Shown here: one piece after another, positions 39,286 to 52,399 of the stretch
Position numbering within the stretch: the stretch's first letter is position 1
Layout: every line of letters begins with the position of its first letter
DNA from: Hydrolagus colliei
Taxonomy: Eukaryota
Direction: 5' to 3'
Assembly (NCBI GenBank): GCA_035084275.1
Contig: CM068748.1
Location: 3,410,001-3,474,000, forward strand
DNA: 64,000 nucleotides
Notes under the pieces: model-generated
What the model was told of the DNA's origin: nothing
What the model saw: only the letters and a program-made list of their open reading frames with translations
The model's database searches: none
Position numbers and translations under genes: made by a program

Positions 39286-42097
39286 TTTTTTTTGAACCTG
39301 GAAAGCTAACTCTTGATTTGGTGTGTCTATAGCTGGCTTGTACATTCACTGCTGCAGTGATAATCTGGCAGGGTTGGTTCCACGCACATCCTGGATTTCA
39401 GAGTTTGCTGGTATTTAGAAACCAATTTAGAAATGGCTGGGGAAAAGCTGCCTCATACACCAGGTGTGCTGTTAACACAACAATGAAGCCAAACAATGGC
39501 CGAGAGGCAACCACCGTGCCGGACGACAGAGTGGCGACGCCGTGAACTACCTGCCAGCAGCTGTTCCGACATCGGAAAAAATAAAAGTAATACTCTGTGT
39601 ATTTTGAGACCTGGCCTGGTATTTGGGAGTTGCCAGCTTTTAGAATGTCGGATTGCTGAGGATTTATTGTGCATTACATCCCAAGATCTCGTTCTGATTC
39701 AGGTAGATCGGCTGACTTTACCTCACTGCACAAAATGCCAAGAAATGGTACTATGAATTCTTGCAAGGTGCACATTTCTTGATGATTTCTTGATTTATGT
39801 ACAAATTTGCATTAAGGGCAAATTTATGCTCTGCCAAATTGAGTAACAATCACAAACTTTTTAGACCTATGGTATGATTTATTATGCTTGTATGGCGCAT
39901 CAATAAACTTGCCAGAATTATAAGTCTTTTTCTTTCAGGTTTAATCCAGGAATGTGGGCATTGACCTTTCCCATTTTATAAACCTCTCAGAATTGTACAG
40001 TCATTGTTAGAGATGGTAACGTGTCTAGCCTGTAACTTTGAATTAAGTTAAGTTTGTATCTGAGTTCTCACTTGAAAAAGTTTTCACAGTATGCGTGTGT
40101 ATTGGCTCTGAGTAGTGTTCAAAACAGATTGAGAGGCACAGTGAGAAACTATGGAAGTTTGGGATTGATTTGGGTTAGACATATTCAGATGGAACGAAGC
40201 CATTTTTTTTGGCTGGATAAGTGTTAACCTTTCAAAATAATGCATGTCAAACTGAAGGAATTTATTTACTTTTAAATCAAGCAAATCCAACTAAGGAACC
40301 TGATCATTTAGGTTGGATGCAGAATAAAGCCTTAAGAACGCCAGTCCCTGCTGCACCAGCCATCAATCCGATAAATGATTGACAAATCATTGACCATTTT
40401 GCATTGTGCATTTGCAAACACGAGGAATTGAATTCAGACCATCTTAAACTAATTTCACTTACGATACTTTACAGCTTCCATAAGGAAGTAGCTTTCATCC
40501 CATTAGTGTAGGTTGGATTCAAAAACAAATCCTGGACTTGCAAGGACTGCATTTTAATTCACCGCACAACCAAATCTCCTGAAGCCAAAGTTGGGATTTT
40601 CTCAATTAGTTCTGCCTTTCAGAGCTGACTTTCAAATCATCATAAATTCAAAACATTTGCCTTTGAGTGTCTGTTGCCAGAAATGAAGGCTTGAAAGCTG
40701 AACACAATTTTTGTGTGTTCCCATTGCTAATGCACTTCCACCCTACCTTTGCGTAATATGGCGGCATTCATCATTGAACTGCAGTATTGTGATAACAGTC
40801 AAGCACTTTGAGTCTTCCCGCTGCGAAAGGCACCGATAACAAATGCAAGAGTCATTATTATCAATAAGCACACTAATCAGATTGCCCCATTATGCTCTCA
40901 AATGGAGAGAGAAATCAGTTAAAATCTCACCATAGAAACCATTTGCAGCACAGTTAGACAACTATAACATTTGTCAAAATAGAAAAATTCCTATACACCT
41001 AAACCAAAGCTGAATTCAATATACCTGTCAACGTTTGATTCCTAATGAAAATAGAGAGAAAATAACATGATTATTAAACTGCTTCTCAAATGCTTCCATG
41101 CCTCCATCCTCAAGCATTCAATTAAGTTATGAATAGCATTTGTCCCAAAAGCAGTCAATTTTATTTATAAGCTTGTTGAAGTGAAAACTTTATTTTCAAA
41201 CCCATTTTGTTACAAACATTTTGTAAGATGGATTGAAGGAAATAGAATACAGTCCCGAATAGTCTTTTCTAAAATGTGTCATGAAAACCAAAAGACCCAT
41301 CCAAAGACGGAAATAACGCTTTTAGTTCTTGTACTTAACTTTGGCCGGTTTGACTATGTTAAGCTTCCAGTTTTGGTATATTGAAAACCTCACGTCTGGA
41401 CCTAATAAATGGCTTCATTCAAACCATATGACTTTAGAAATCTCTACTCATCAGTCATGGTAAGCACATGTTTGGCATAAATTAAAAGTAAAAATGTTTC
41501 GTAGAAATACTGTGTTTAGAAATTTATTTCTGTCGGGAGTACACGTCAATAATCTGGATGCTTGAGTATATTTTACATCTTTTTTTGTTTGAAGATAATC
41601 AATTTCTGCTGGATACATACTGCATTCAGAACAACCGATATATCCAATTCATTTCTCCGTAAGTTAACAAAGGAAGTTTTCAGGTGATGAACCCCAAGAA
41701 CAGGTCGCACCGTTCAACTGACTCCTGATATCTATTATTCTATGTCTTGTATACTCAGTGTAGAAGTTTGTACCATTTATTTGAATCTCCAGGGTGCTCC
41801 CCACAGTTTGGGAATATTCCAGACACTCAATTCAGTGCCAAATGATCTCAGCAGGGAATTGTGTTTCTTTGTGATGTGATTTCTGCTCGTTTACAAAACA
41901 TAAACGCTTTGTAGTAAAGTGCATTGTACGCGGCCAGAAGCTTCACTCAGTGGTGTTCAATGGGTAAATGAAATAGTTCTGAAGCACACAGTCGAGGAGG
42001 TTTCCAGATGTGATCCTTGCCCTGTCCTGGGTTAAGCGATTTCAGCCAGGACAGTAGGAGTGATAATATAATTGTCCTCGGGCGAGAGACATGCAGA

Positions 42098-42225
42098 AAT
42101 AATAGTAATAATAATTCTGGCATTCGATATAGCACCTTTTCAGGTCTTCTAGACGTCTCAAAGCGCTTCACAGAATACACTGTAAAGTGAAATGACTGTC
42201 TATTTTGGGGGCAAAATAGGCAGTG
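42098..42225 (-). mobile_element. Young SINE 3' part
   Basis: Reverse complement of the tail. Confidence 0.85.
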
Positions 42226-42884
42226 TTTCTGTTGCTGCTGATTACAATCGTTGATGGAAGTCCTCATATATGGACGGCGCGTTTAGCTGTAATATTCTCC
42301 ACAGTCAATTGGTATACCAACACTAACATTTGAGTTCACGGGTGAGAAACAATTTCACGGGTGATGTACCTGAGTATCTTGCGCGGCTAATGTAGCTCAA
42401 GTCACTAACCTCAGGAGATGAGAGTGGAAGGAGAGACTGGATAAACAACCATTGAGCCATTAATAGTATGACACGGGAAAGAGCTGAAAGTCTCTAACAG
42501 GAGGTAATAACCTTGCTTAATAACGCATTAATTTTTAAAGTGATGTAAATATTCCCATTTTGTACTATGCCATACATTTCAACTGATATCATTCATTAAG
42601 ATTGCTGTGATAGACTTGCATATGGGTTGACAGCTGCTTGATTTAGTAGTTGCCAGGGTTACCAGGTTGCTCCCATGGTGAAGTTGTTTCCTTCTTACAC
42701 TATCAGTTACTTAGAATTATATTCTGCCTCGTGTAAACATTGCTGCTGATTGTTAAACAATGAATTAGAATATACATGCCAAATCCAGGTCAGTAACTAA
42801 CAAAGTAAAGCACTAAAGAAAAATCTTCCTTTTCATTCCTGTCATTTCATGATGTCCTTTTGTCAGCAACCCTTTATTTAGGCG

Positions 42885-43290
42885 AGGGTCAAGCACAGTT
42901 GTTAGCACTCTCATCTCTGAGTCATATTGTTGTAGGTCCATGTCAGTGTAAGCTGACACACCAATGTGTGTGGCTTTGACGGAGGTGCCATCCTTCGGTT
43001 AAGACATTAAATTGAGGTCCTGTCTGCCTTTTTTAGGTGAACGGTAAAGCTCCCATAGGATTATTTCATAATGAGAGCAGAGTTTCCCCCAGTGCCCTGG
43101 TCAATAATTCCCCGAAACAAAACCAATCGTTCACTTCATGGCTGCTTGTGGGGCATTGATATGCACTGATAAACCACTGTGTTTGGCTTCAAAAAAGTCA
43201 CTAGACTTTACAGTAAATCCTATGAAGCAGTTTGTCACATACTCCCAACATGAAAGGCGCTATATCATATACAAGGATCATTATTATTGA
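42885..43290 (+). mobile_element. Older DeuSINE/SacSINE-like element, near full length
   Basis: tRNA-like head (gttggttagcactctcatctctgagtc), body ggaggtgccatccttcgg..., decayed Deu core and L2-like tail. Related decayed copies lie at about 1660-1860, 14400-14550, 15870-16230 (minus), 36398-36530, 45818-45970, 52107-52350 and 62850-63140. Confidence 0.75.
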
Positions 43291-46069
43291 ATTAACCCCT
43301 AAAATTAGCAACAGTATAAAGATATGGATCTGGAATGCATGCAACAAATGTCGCATATATTCTAAAAGTAATAGCAATCACAACCGATCTGTTTTAGAGC
43401 TGTAGCTCATTAGGTTTTAGATGACTCATTCTCACAATTTATATTACAATCTGAACCCTATACTGTTTTGTGGATTTGCAAAATACTCACACATTACACA
43501 TTATGTGTAGATTTTCTCAAAATTATACCCTTATAAAGTGCAATTACCTATGCCAGAATGCACCTATTAATTATGTTGTAATTTTCAATGCATTATATAC
43601 AGGTTGGTAAAGTTGCACCTCTGATGGCATGGACCCTTTGTTTTTCAACAGAATGTATTTTTCCCTGGGCTATCTACCTTGACAGATAGCCAGCCATACT
43701 TTAGAACAGAAACAAGGAAACAAAGTACTTTGTGTATGTTGTACAAAATACCAGATGGTCAGGGGATGAGTTGCAGATGTGTATCGGTCTTTCTTTACTT
43801 TAGGGCTTGAATGACCACATACATTTCAGTAATTCATCCATGATCTGCCATTATTGTACATGTAATCCTATAAAGCACCATGGATCACGATGCACACAAT
43901 GACTGAATATGCCCCTAATCCACTTATTGATTTCAATGGACACCTGCCTGTTAAGCATACAACAATAAAGGAAATGTTCTCTGGAAAAGCACACACCATA
44001 GTTTTGCAGTCAAGAGCCATGGTGAGCACTTCAAAGGCTGAGTAATTTCTCCAAGAATTACCTGTTAATTGTTCATCTGAATAGATAATTTGGATAGCTA
44101 CTTTGTCATTGCAAACATAAATTACAACAACTTGCATTTATATAGCACCCTCCACGTTGGGCCTCAGAGCCTCGAATTCTAGTGGAATTTACATTTGCAA
44201 AAAGTGGGAAATGTAAATTCTCCCATGATTATTTTTGTACCGCATCGTACTTTTAGATATGGATTTCTTGTAAGTACAAAGTGGCCCAGTTGAACCAGTG
44301 TGTACTAACCTTTTGACAGCATGGATTAATTGAGGCAAACGACCTGATTCCATTTTGTACACTATACACATCTCACCTAAAAGGTTTGAATTTGCTGAAT
44401 AGTTGAAATAGTTTGCTATCTTAAAAATAACACTGAATCTTTATTTGTCCCACTCCAATCAGCAGCACCCAGACTGAATGACAGTAGTTTACTTTACCTC
44501 TGAAAATGTCCTGTAATAAAACACTACTTGTTATAACCACAAACAGTGATGCAAGAGGGTGATGTTTAATGTGTTCTGGTGTTTGTTTGTATAGTTCTAC
44601 AGCACTTATTAGTTAGCTGTTTTTTTTAACCCAAATGGCCAAAGGCATATTTTAACCAAATATATATTTCCTTTACCAATATGCTACTGACAAGTGCAAA
44701 TTTATAGTGTGTTTTATCCCTTGCACTACTAGTGGTATGCTAACTACCAGACATCACTGCTATTCAATGACATATTGGTTTAGGTAAAAATATAAAAAAC
44801 AATATATCCCAGTCTTACACAGCTCCTCAATTAGGAGCAGCACCACAAGCCGACTTTTCTTGCCTGTATCTCAACATGAATAAATTATCTTTTATTCCCA
44901 CGTTGTTCATTTAGATTCTACCCCTATAAACTGTTCATATGAATTATCATAGAAACATAATAATTGGGATCAGTGTCTATTAAGAAAAGATTTTTAAGCC
45001 CAGGTTTGGCATCATTTCTTGTTCACTTCTAGAGAAACCTGTAGTCTCTCATTCCCTTCTCCCTTAATGTATGCATTAAGTTTTTGCTTAGATACAACGA
45101 TGCTAATTGGCTTTGAATCATGGTTTCCAGCAGTGAGTTCCACATTCGCGTCATGGAAAATATATGGTGCAAAATGATTAAGCATTACTTACCTGATATT
45201 CAACACTGTCTTTACCAAATTTGCATAAAGATTCCCATCATACACACTAGCAGAAAGCCCACAGAAATATATAGGGACAAAAGTTAGACACCTCAGTATA
45301 AAGGGTTGGCAAACAAAATGGCCACCAATTTCCCCCTTCCAAGTGGTCAGGTCACAATTGATGTGACTTCCTGTGAGATGCACCCCTGGGCAGCATGTAC
45401 AGGAAGATCCACTGAAATCACTTCCTGCACCCTGCACCCTATGCATTCTCACTACGCACAGGGAGTGTCACTGACATGATTTCCCGCTATACAAATGTGC
45501 AGCGAGTGGGAAGTGATTTGCAATGCTTCCTGCGCAAAGCCCACAAGAAGGGACATCAGTGACACTTCCTGTGCATAGCCGTCAACAAGGCTGTGTCCCA
45601 ACATCACAAAGGTAGGCATGCTTTAGCACAGGAACCCAGCTACTCTTTGACAGAAGCTAGGTATACCACACTTGTGGTATCGCACTGGTCCACAATGCTC
45701 CCACACTAAAAATGAACCCATCCTTATCTGGGTATTTTTGTTCCATTGTTCAGCCTTGTAACTTGGGCTAATGTGCATAAAGATTTCCCTGTCGACCCTA
45801 CCACGTGTCAACTCAGGTGTCAACCTGGCTCAGTTGGTAGCACTTTTACCTCTGAGTAAGAAGGTCGTGGGTTCATTGTCCACACAGATTCTCCAATACA
45901 GTGCTGGGGTGTGCTGTATTGATGGAGATGCTGTACTTCTATCTGCCTGTTCAAGTAGATGCTAAAGATTTCACTCATTGAGATGTTTCAAATGCAACGA
46001 TTATTTATTTACAAAGAATGTACAGCAAGGAAACATAGCTTCCTTTTGAATGCATCTATACTATCTAAT

Positions 46070-46170
46070 TCAACCAGGCAGTGAGTTCCACCACCTCACC
46101 ACCCTCTGTGTGAAGTAGTTTGCCTAAATTTTCTTTCAGATCCCCCTCGTCACTATCTTATACAGACAGT
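46070..46170 (-). mobile_element. CR1 fragment
   Basis: ggcagtgagttccaccacctcaccaccctctgtgtgaag translates as FTQRVVRWWNSLP on the minus strand. Confidence 0.7.
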
Positions 46171-46254
46171 ACTTGTTTTGAGCTATCTTATACTCACTGA
46201 CCTCATCCTAACACTGAAACACATAGGAGATACTGTTTAGGGGTCAGGAGCTGT

Positions 46255-46415
46255 GTAATTGTCCGAGCTTGCTAAGCCCAATTGTAGAATCATTTACCAC
46301 CGTTTATAATCAACTAACTCAGCATAAACTCGGAACCAAACATAAGTTCTTCCTGTACCTTCATGGCTCAGCTTCATATTGAGTAGCCATTTTAACATTG
46401 GAGTCAACAGGGAAT
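46255..46415 (-). mobile_element. Ancient tRNA-SINE fragment (AmnSINE2-like, tentative)
   Basis: Reverse complement reads ctgagccat...caggaag...tgctgagttagttgat...ctacaattgg, resembling a recalled consensus. Confidence 0.45.
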
Positions 46416-47977
46416 TTGAAGTTAGTTTTATTTTAAAAGCTGGTTTGTAGATAATATTCAGAAAATAGGCATGCTAAACCCCCATCCCATGATCATGGGC
46501 TCTCGCTCCACTTATATTTCTGCCAACTTTACTAGGGAAATATACTGCAGTCAATCGCATCTGCTTTCCCTCTTAATCTGATTAATGTTACCAAAGCAAT
46601 TTGTTGGGATACTGAGACCGATTACTGTCCTAATCACTTACGCTTCAACAATGTAGCTTAGAGATATTAGAGGACCAACTTGCCCTGACACATTGAGACT
46701 ATTAAATTCTTCTTATATTCCATTTTAAAACTCGTTTAGAAAAAAAACGTGTTTAGACTATAACTTGCTCATTCGAAGCTGCAAGCCGCGTGTTGGTGAG
46801 AAGTTTGAGAATGTAATTAACATTGGTTTTGAGAACAATTTTATCTCCCAAGAAGTAAAACAAGTCTCTTCTTTCTTTCATGGTAAAGATTATAACTGGA
46901 CGTAGTTAATTTGAAAATGAGAACAACTGTTGGAAGAATTGAAATACATTTACAACTGAAATGCTTGAAACAAGAATGCAGAAGTATAGAATGTACCCAT
47001 CGATCTGTGTGTGGATCATGGGTCAACTATATTTGGGAATTTAGTAGTTACAGGAGAATTTTCGAGATACAGCTATGACATTTACTGTTAGCTTTGCTGA
47101 GACTGTTTGGGAAAATACCAGTAACAATTCCTGCTTGACAATTTATTATTTTGTTAAAATGTGTGATCTTTAAACCTTTGAGTATTTATAGGCTTATAGC
47201 TCTGGTGGAGCTGGTTGCCATTTTTCAAAAATGAAGTTCAGTTGACTAATAGCATCCAAGTTGCAGTCAACTTTCCCACAGAGCAAATACACCTCCCTCC
47301 CTTCCCCACTTTCCGCCTTTGCTCGATTCGGGTCTTCCTTCCTGTTACAGCATTGACTAGAAATGGTTAAGTGATTGTAGCAATTATCTTGAAGTGAGGA
47401 CCAGCCAACATTCTTACTTGATAAAGGGGGGAAGGGGTGGTGGGGGGGAAGAGGAGAGGAAATCCGGGTCATGTCAATGTATATCCTTCCTACTGGGAAT
47501 GTTCAGAGACTCCAACTTCTTACACTTTTCATTAAGTCCTCTGATTAATAATTCTACCACTTTGGAGAATACTCTAAGAGCTACAGTTACAAGTGCTGGA
47601 TTTGATAGAAAATTGATTTTGTTTATGCCAGGTGTTTTCAAGGAATATAAATGAACGTACCATGGGAGTTAGCAACCCATTTTCACACTCCTAAACCATG
47701 TGGAACCATATACAATGATGACCTCATTTTAGTGATTAAAAATAATAATAAACACAGCTAATCTCACATTTATTGGATTTTAATTTCCTGTCTCGGATTT
47801 ATGCCTGAAGCAAGACCTGCAAACATTAGCTTTTCACATATTGTGAATCCTCTGTCAATATAATCCAGCCAGTATTATATTGACAGAGTATGGTTTGAAA
47901 AATAATTTCCCACTGGGTTGGGTAGGTTCACTATGTGAAAGATAATTTCTAGTCACTTTCACAAAGGTACGTGTTCA

Positions 47978-49630
47978 TTGGACCCCATCCCCACCCCCCT
48001 CCTCCGCACCCAGCTCCACCTTCTGGCCCCGCTCATTTCTGACACCATTAACCTTTCCCCCTCCTCAGGCACCGTCCCTACCTCCCTTAAAACAGCCACC
48101 ATCACCCCTATCCTGAAGAAACCCTCCCTTGATGCGTCACAACCATCAAGCTATCGACCCATCTCCAACCTCTCGTTTTTATCCAAGGTCCTTGAAAGAG
48201 TGGTTGCCTCCCATCTCCGCTCTTTCCTTTCAACTCACTCACTCCTTGAACCCTTCCAATCAGGTTTCCGCCCTGCTCACAGCACAGAAACTGCCCTGGT
48301 TAAGGTTACAAATGACATCCTAACCGCCTGTGACCAGGGCTCCCTCTGCCTCCTCGTCCTCCTTGATCTGTCTGCTGCGTTCGACACAGTCGATCACACC
48401 ATCCTCCTTCAACGTCTTTCCTCCCACCTCAACCTTCAAGGCACAGTCCTTGACTGGTTCCATTCCTACCTGACCCACCGCCTACACTTTGTATCTTTCA
48501 ACGGTTTGTCCTCAAACCCCCGCACAGTTTCTCACGGCGTCCCTCAGGGCTCTGTCCTCGGCCCCCTCCTTTTCACCCTTTACACACTCCCTCTGGGCGA
48601 TGTCATCCGCAAACACGGGGTAAATTTCCACATGTATGCGGACGACACCCAGCTGTACCTTTCTGCCTCATCCCTCAACCCCCAGACCATCGATGTTCTG
48701 ACAGCATGTCTGTCCGACATTGAGTCCTGGACGAGGGACAACTTCCTCCAATTGAACGTGAGTAAGACCGAGGCCCTCCTGATTGGCTCAAGCCAGCGCC
48801 TCCGCACATCGGGCGCTGCCAGCCTCAACATCCAAGGCTGCACTCTCCACCTCACAAAGCCAGTCAGGAACCTTGGCATCACGTTCGACCAAAAACTCTC
48901 CTTCCTCCCCCACATCCGTGCCTTGACCGGCACCGCTTACATCCACCTGCGCAACATTTCCAGGCTCCACAATTATCTTACCCCCCACGCTGCCGAAACA
49001 CTTGTGCATGCATACATCACCTCAAGGCTGGACTACGGAAACTCTCTCCTCGTCGGCCTCCCCAGTTCCTCCATTCACAGGCTGCAGGTCATCCACAACT
49101 CTGCAGCCCGTGTACTATCCCGCACCCGCCTCCGCGACCACATAACCCCCACCCTCGCCTGTCTCCATTGGCTTCCCATCCTCCAGAGGATCGAGTTCAA
49201 GATCCTCGTCCTCACCTTCAAGGCCTTACACGGCCTTGCCCCGCCCTATTTAACCAATTTACTCTCCCCCTACAAGCCCACCTGGACCCTCCATTCAGCA
49301 GGACTTGGCCTGCTCCAAGCCCCCCGCCCGAACCGCCCCACCATCGGAGGCCGGGCCTTCAGTTTTTCTGCTCCGACCCGATGGAATTCCATCCCCCAAT
49401 CCCTCCGTCTCGTTTCTTCCCTTTCCTCTTTCAAGGTCGGTTTGAAGACTTTCCTCTTCGACCATGCCTTTTGTTCCACCCCAAATTTTTCGACCTCCCC
49501 TACGTGTTTCACCCCTTCCCGTACACTCCCCTCCCAGCTCGGGTCACACGCCTCCTGTGCAGCGCCTTGGGACGTCCTCCCGACGTGAAAGGCGCTTTAT
49601 AAATGTAATTTGTTGTTGTTGTTGTTGTTG
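47978..49630 (+). mobile_element. L2 LINE, 5'-truncated, with an uninterrupted 536-codon ORF2 fragment (reverse transcriptase and C-terminus)
   Basis: Contains [35 protein letters not shown] and YADD motifs, an L2-type C-terminus ([20 protein letters not shown]) and a (TTG)n tail. The frame begins at TTG, not ATG, and the endonuclease is missing. Confidence 0.97.
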
Positions 49631-49754
49631 TACAATATTGTAGTTCATTGAATAAAATAGGGCTAAACCGACACAGACTTCTGAGCACTTCGTAGGTCAA
49701 ATAAAAAGTAGATCAATATAGTCCATTTTTGTTTTCATTATTCATCCTCACGGT

Positions 49755-49890
49755 GAGATATTGCTGTGTGTAAAATGGCTGCCCCGGTTGCCTACAAATA
49801 CACAGTCACTACACCTCATTTTAAAATTATCTGAAGCACTTTGTGACTCTCGACGGCGTGAAAAGTAATACACTAAATGCAAGGAATATT
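49755..49890 (+). mobile_element. SINE 3' part, diverged
   Basis: ttgctgtgtgtaaaatggctgcc...aaatgcaagga. Confidence 0.7.
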
Positions 49891-50329
49891 CTATGTTAAT
49901 TGCCTCAACTTCCACCAGTTCGACAACAGGTTGAGGAAAAAATAGCAAAGACAGCAAAACAAATTTATTACTGAATTAACTCTGAAGTTCATGTTGCCTG
50001 CTGACAATCTTGAGTTCAAATAGTTGCTCTAGACTATCTTGAGACAGAGGAGATTAAGAAACCAGCGGAGGATGTACTGTAATTTATTAACAGTTGATGT
50101 CCAACAATAATAACCAGTAATAAACTGGAATGAGAAAAAAATGAAATAATTCAACAATTTGGGCTTTGCCGGTTCATACACACTCTTATTACGTTTAGAA
50201 ATACTGCATTTAACAATAGCTGGTGTTCTGACTGAGAGCATCTTCACTTGAAAACGACTCGCATCAAAGCGTTTGATGTCTTGAAATGGGATCCTTATAT
50301 AGATTTTAAGCATCCATATGGACAGAGAA

Positions 50330-50740
50330 ATGGATAGATCTGAAATGATGAGCAAGAAATTAAATTATTTGGGTAAGTTAAGCAGAGCTGGTTTTAATAC
50401 TGATGATTTATTATTTTTTTTAAAATCAGTGATTAGACCCTGCAAGGACCCTGCTTGCCAAACTTGGTATTTTAGTTTAACATCTCGAACATCTGGAGCT
50501 GATCCAAAAGCTTTGAAGATAATATATAGGGATCTAAGTACGATAAAACTCCTTGGATAGGCAACTTAAGTGAGATTAGAAGTAAGAAGAGCTGACTTTT
50601 GTTAAACGCTTTGTCTAGCAAAACAGTAAGCGGCTCGTAGCCGCATTATGCTTTTGCAGATGATGAGAGGCATAATTATAATCTTAAAATATAAATGGTC
50701 GACTCCTCCTCCAAAACCCCAAAAGAGTTACAACTGGTTG
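50330..50740 (+). mobile_element. Decayed LINE C-terminal fragment (CR1-group; Daphne/Crack/Rex1-like)
   Basis: KLNYLGKLSRAGFNTDDLLFFLKSVIRP...ACQTW...KALKII resembles RLYFLRxLKRAG...FYxSVIRPVLEYACxVW. Confidence 0.65.
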
Positions 50741-52399
50741 TATACATCTCCATCTTAGTCACCGCAAAATGTTTTCTGGACTGCCTTGATTTAAACATTT
50801 GTAGAAATCTATTTGAACCATATGTCATCATCGAGTTTAATTGCTTAATTGCAGATTCATAGTCTCTTTCCTTTGCTGGATTCATATTTTACCAGACCAG
50901 TTTTAGAGGCAATGAGGTTTGAAAATGCAGCGCATTCATAAACTGAATGTCACTGCACTAGTTCCAGCTTCTGGTTCAGCGACTGAAATTTAACACCAAA
51001 TTTGATTAAAAAATTTAGAATAATTTAGATTCCCAAAGAACAATGTGCAGCCAGTGTTTTGCTTTCTAACTTCTGTTGCGATTTTCCATCTTTATCTCAG
51101 CCGGCAAAATAACCCCAAAGTAAAACGTTTGAGATGCTCTATTTTCAACCCCCGTGAAAAATATATATTTTTCAGCACTGGCATTCCATTTTAATATGAA
51201 GGGACATTTCAATGTGTAGGTAGCATACGTATATGGCACTCTCAGTTCCAAAACTTTGAAACATAAGCATGGTGACAATGGGTTTCTGAGCGCATCAGAC
51301 ACCTGACATACAACAACAACTTGCACTTAAAATCCTAAACTGTGTCTGACACCAAACACACTGACAAAGAAATACTGTAATAATATTTACAAGTAGTTGC
51401 TCGCAGCCTCCAAGAACCATGTGAGAAGTTGTAGGTAGAAGCTGGTGGTAAGTGATATGGTTCAAAGATAGCGATAGTCTGTTTTTTTTTAAAAGTTAAT
51501 GTAGATTAAAATAGGCAAATAAAAGTTTAAAAATTCAAGATTTTTTTAAAGTAGTTAGAATAAAGAAGGGAAAGTAAAAATTAGAGCAGGCTTGATTGCA
51601 TTTTCTTTGAAATATATTGCTATCCTAGTGATTTATTGAAAACAATTCATATAAGCAAATTGGAATTTTGACAAAAGAGGACATTGGGAATGTGATTTTT
51701 TACATTATATTATGCATATTAGTTTGCAAAATGATAAAACATCCATGAGACTTATATTGTTGCCTAATGTTTCCTGCTCTCCGTAATTGCTATATTATTC
51801 AGTCATTTAAAAAAAGTCTACAAACATTTATCATTTGTAATAAGATTCTTCCGTCTATCACTTTATTTTTTTCAGATACTTTTCCTTTGTTGCGGAATGT
51901 TGATCAAATAACCTTGAAATGACTTCAAATAATTTCTTGAAATGTCATTATTGAGATAAAAATAACGAGGAAGTGAAATTAACTGATCAGAAACTCTGAC
52001 CAAAATACTGGAGCTCCATTGGCAACTTCCAAGCACACACTCTTTCAACAAAAACTAACAGAAATAAAAGAGGATATCAGAGAATATCAAACAGCAGTGA
52101 ATTTGTGTCAGTGTAGCTCAATTGGTAACACTCTTGACTCTGAATCATGCTGTGGGTTATAACCCCACTTCAGGACTTTGAACTCAGTCTAGGTTGACAC
52201 TCCAGTACTGTATTGAGGGGAGTGCTGAATTGTTGAGAGATACTGTCCTTCAGATGAGGCATTAAAACAAGGTTTTGTCTAACTGATCAGGTGAATGATT
52301 CTATGGAGCTATTCAAAAAGAGAAGGAAGTTTTTCCCGGTGTCCGGTGTCCAAATAAAATTGATCTATAAATTAATTCATTCAGAAACTCCCCGCACTG

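Noticed and set aside
47978-49588. Domesticated RT gene or prokaryote-type RT system (retron, DGR, CRISPR-RT)
   Set aside because: It is a typical 5'-truncated L2 with no ATG, has sister copies in the window and sits in a eukaryotic intron. There is no array or accessory gene.
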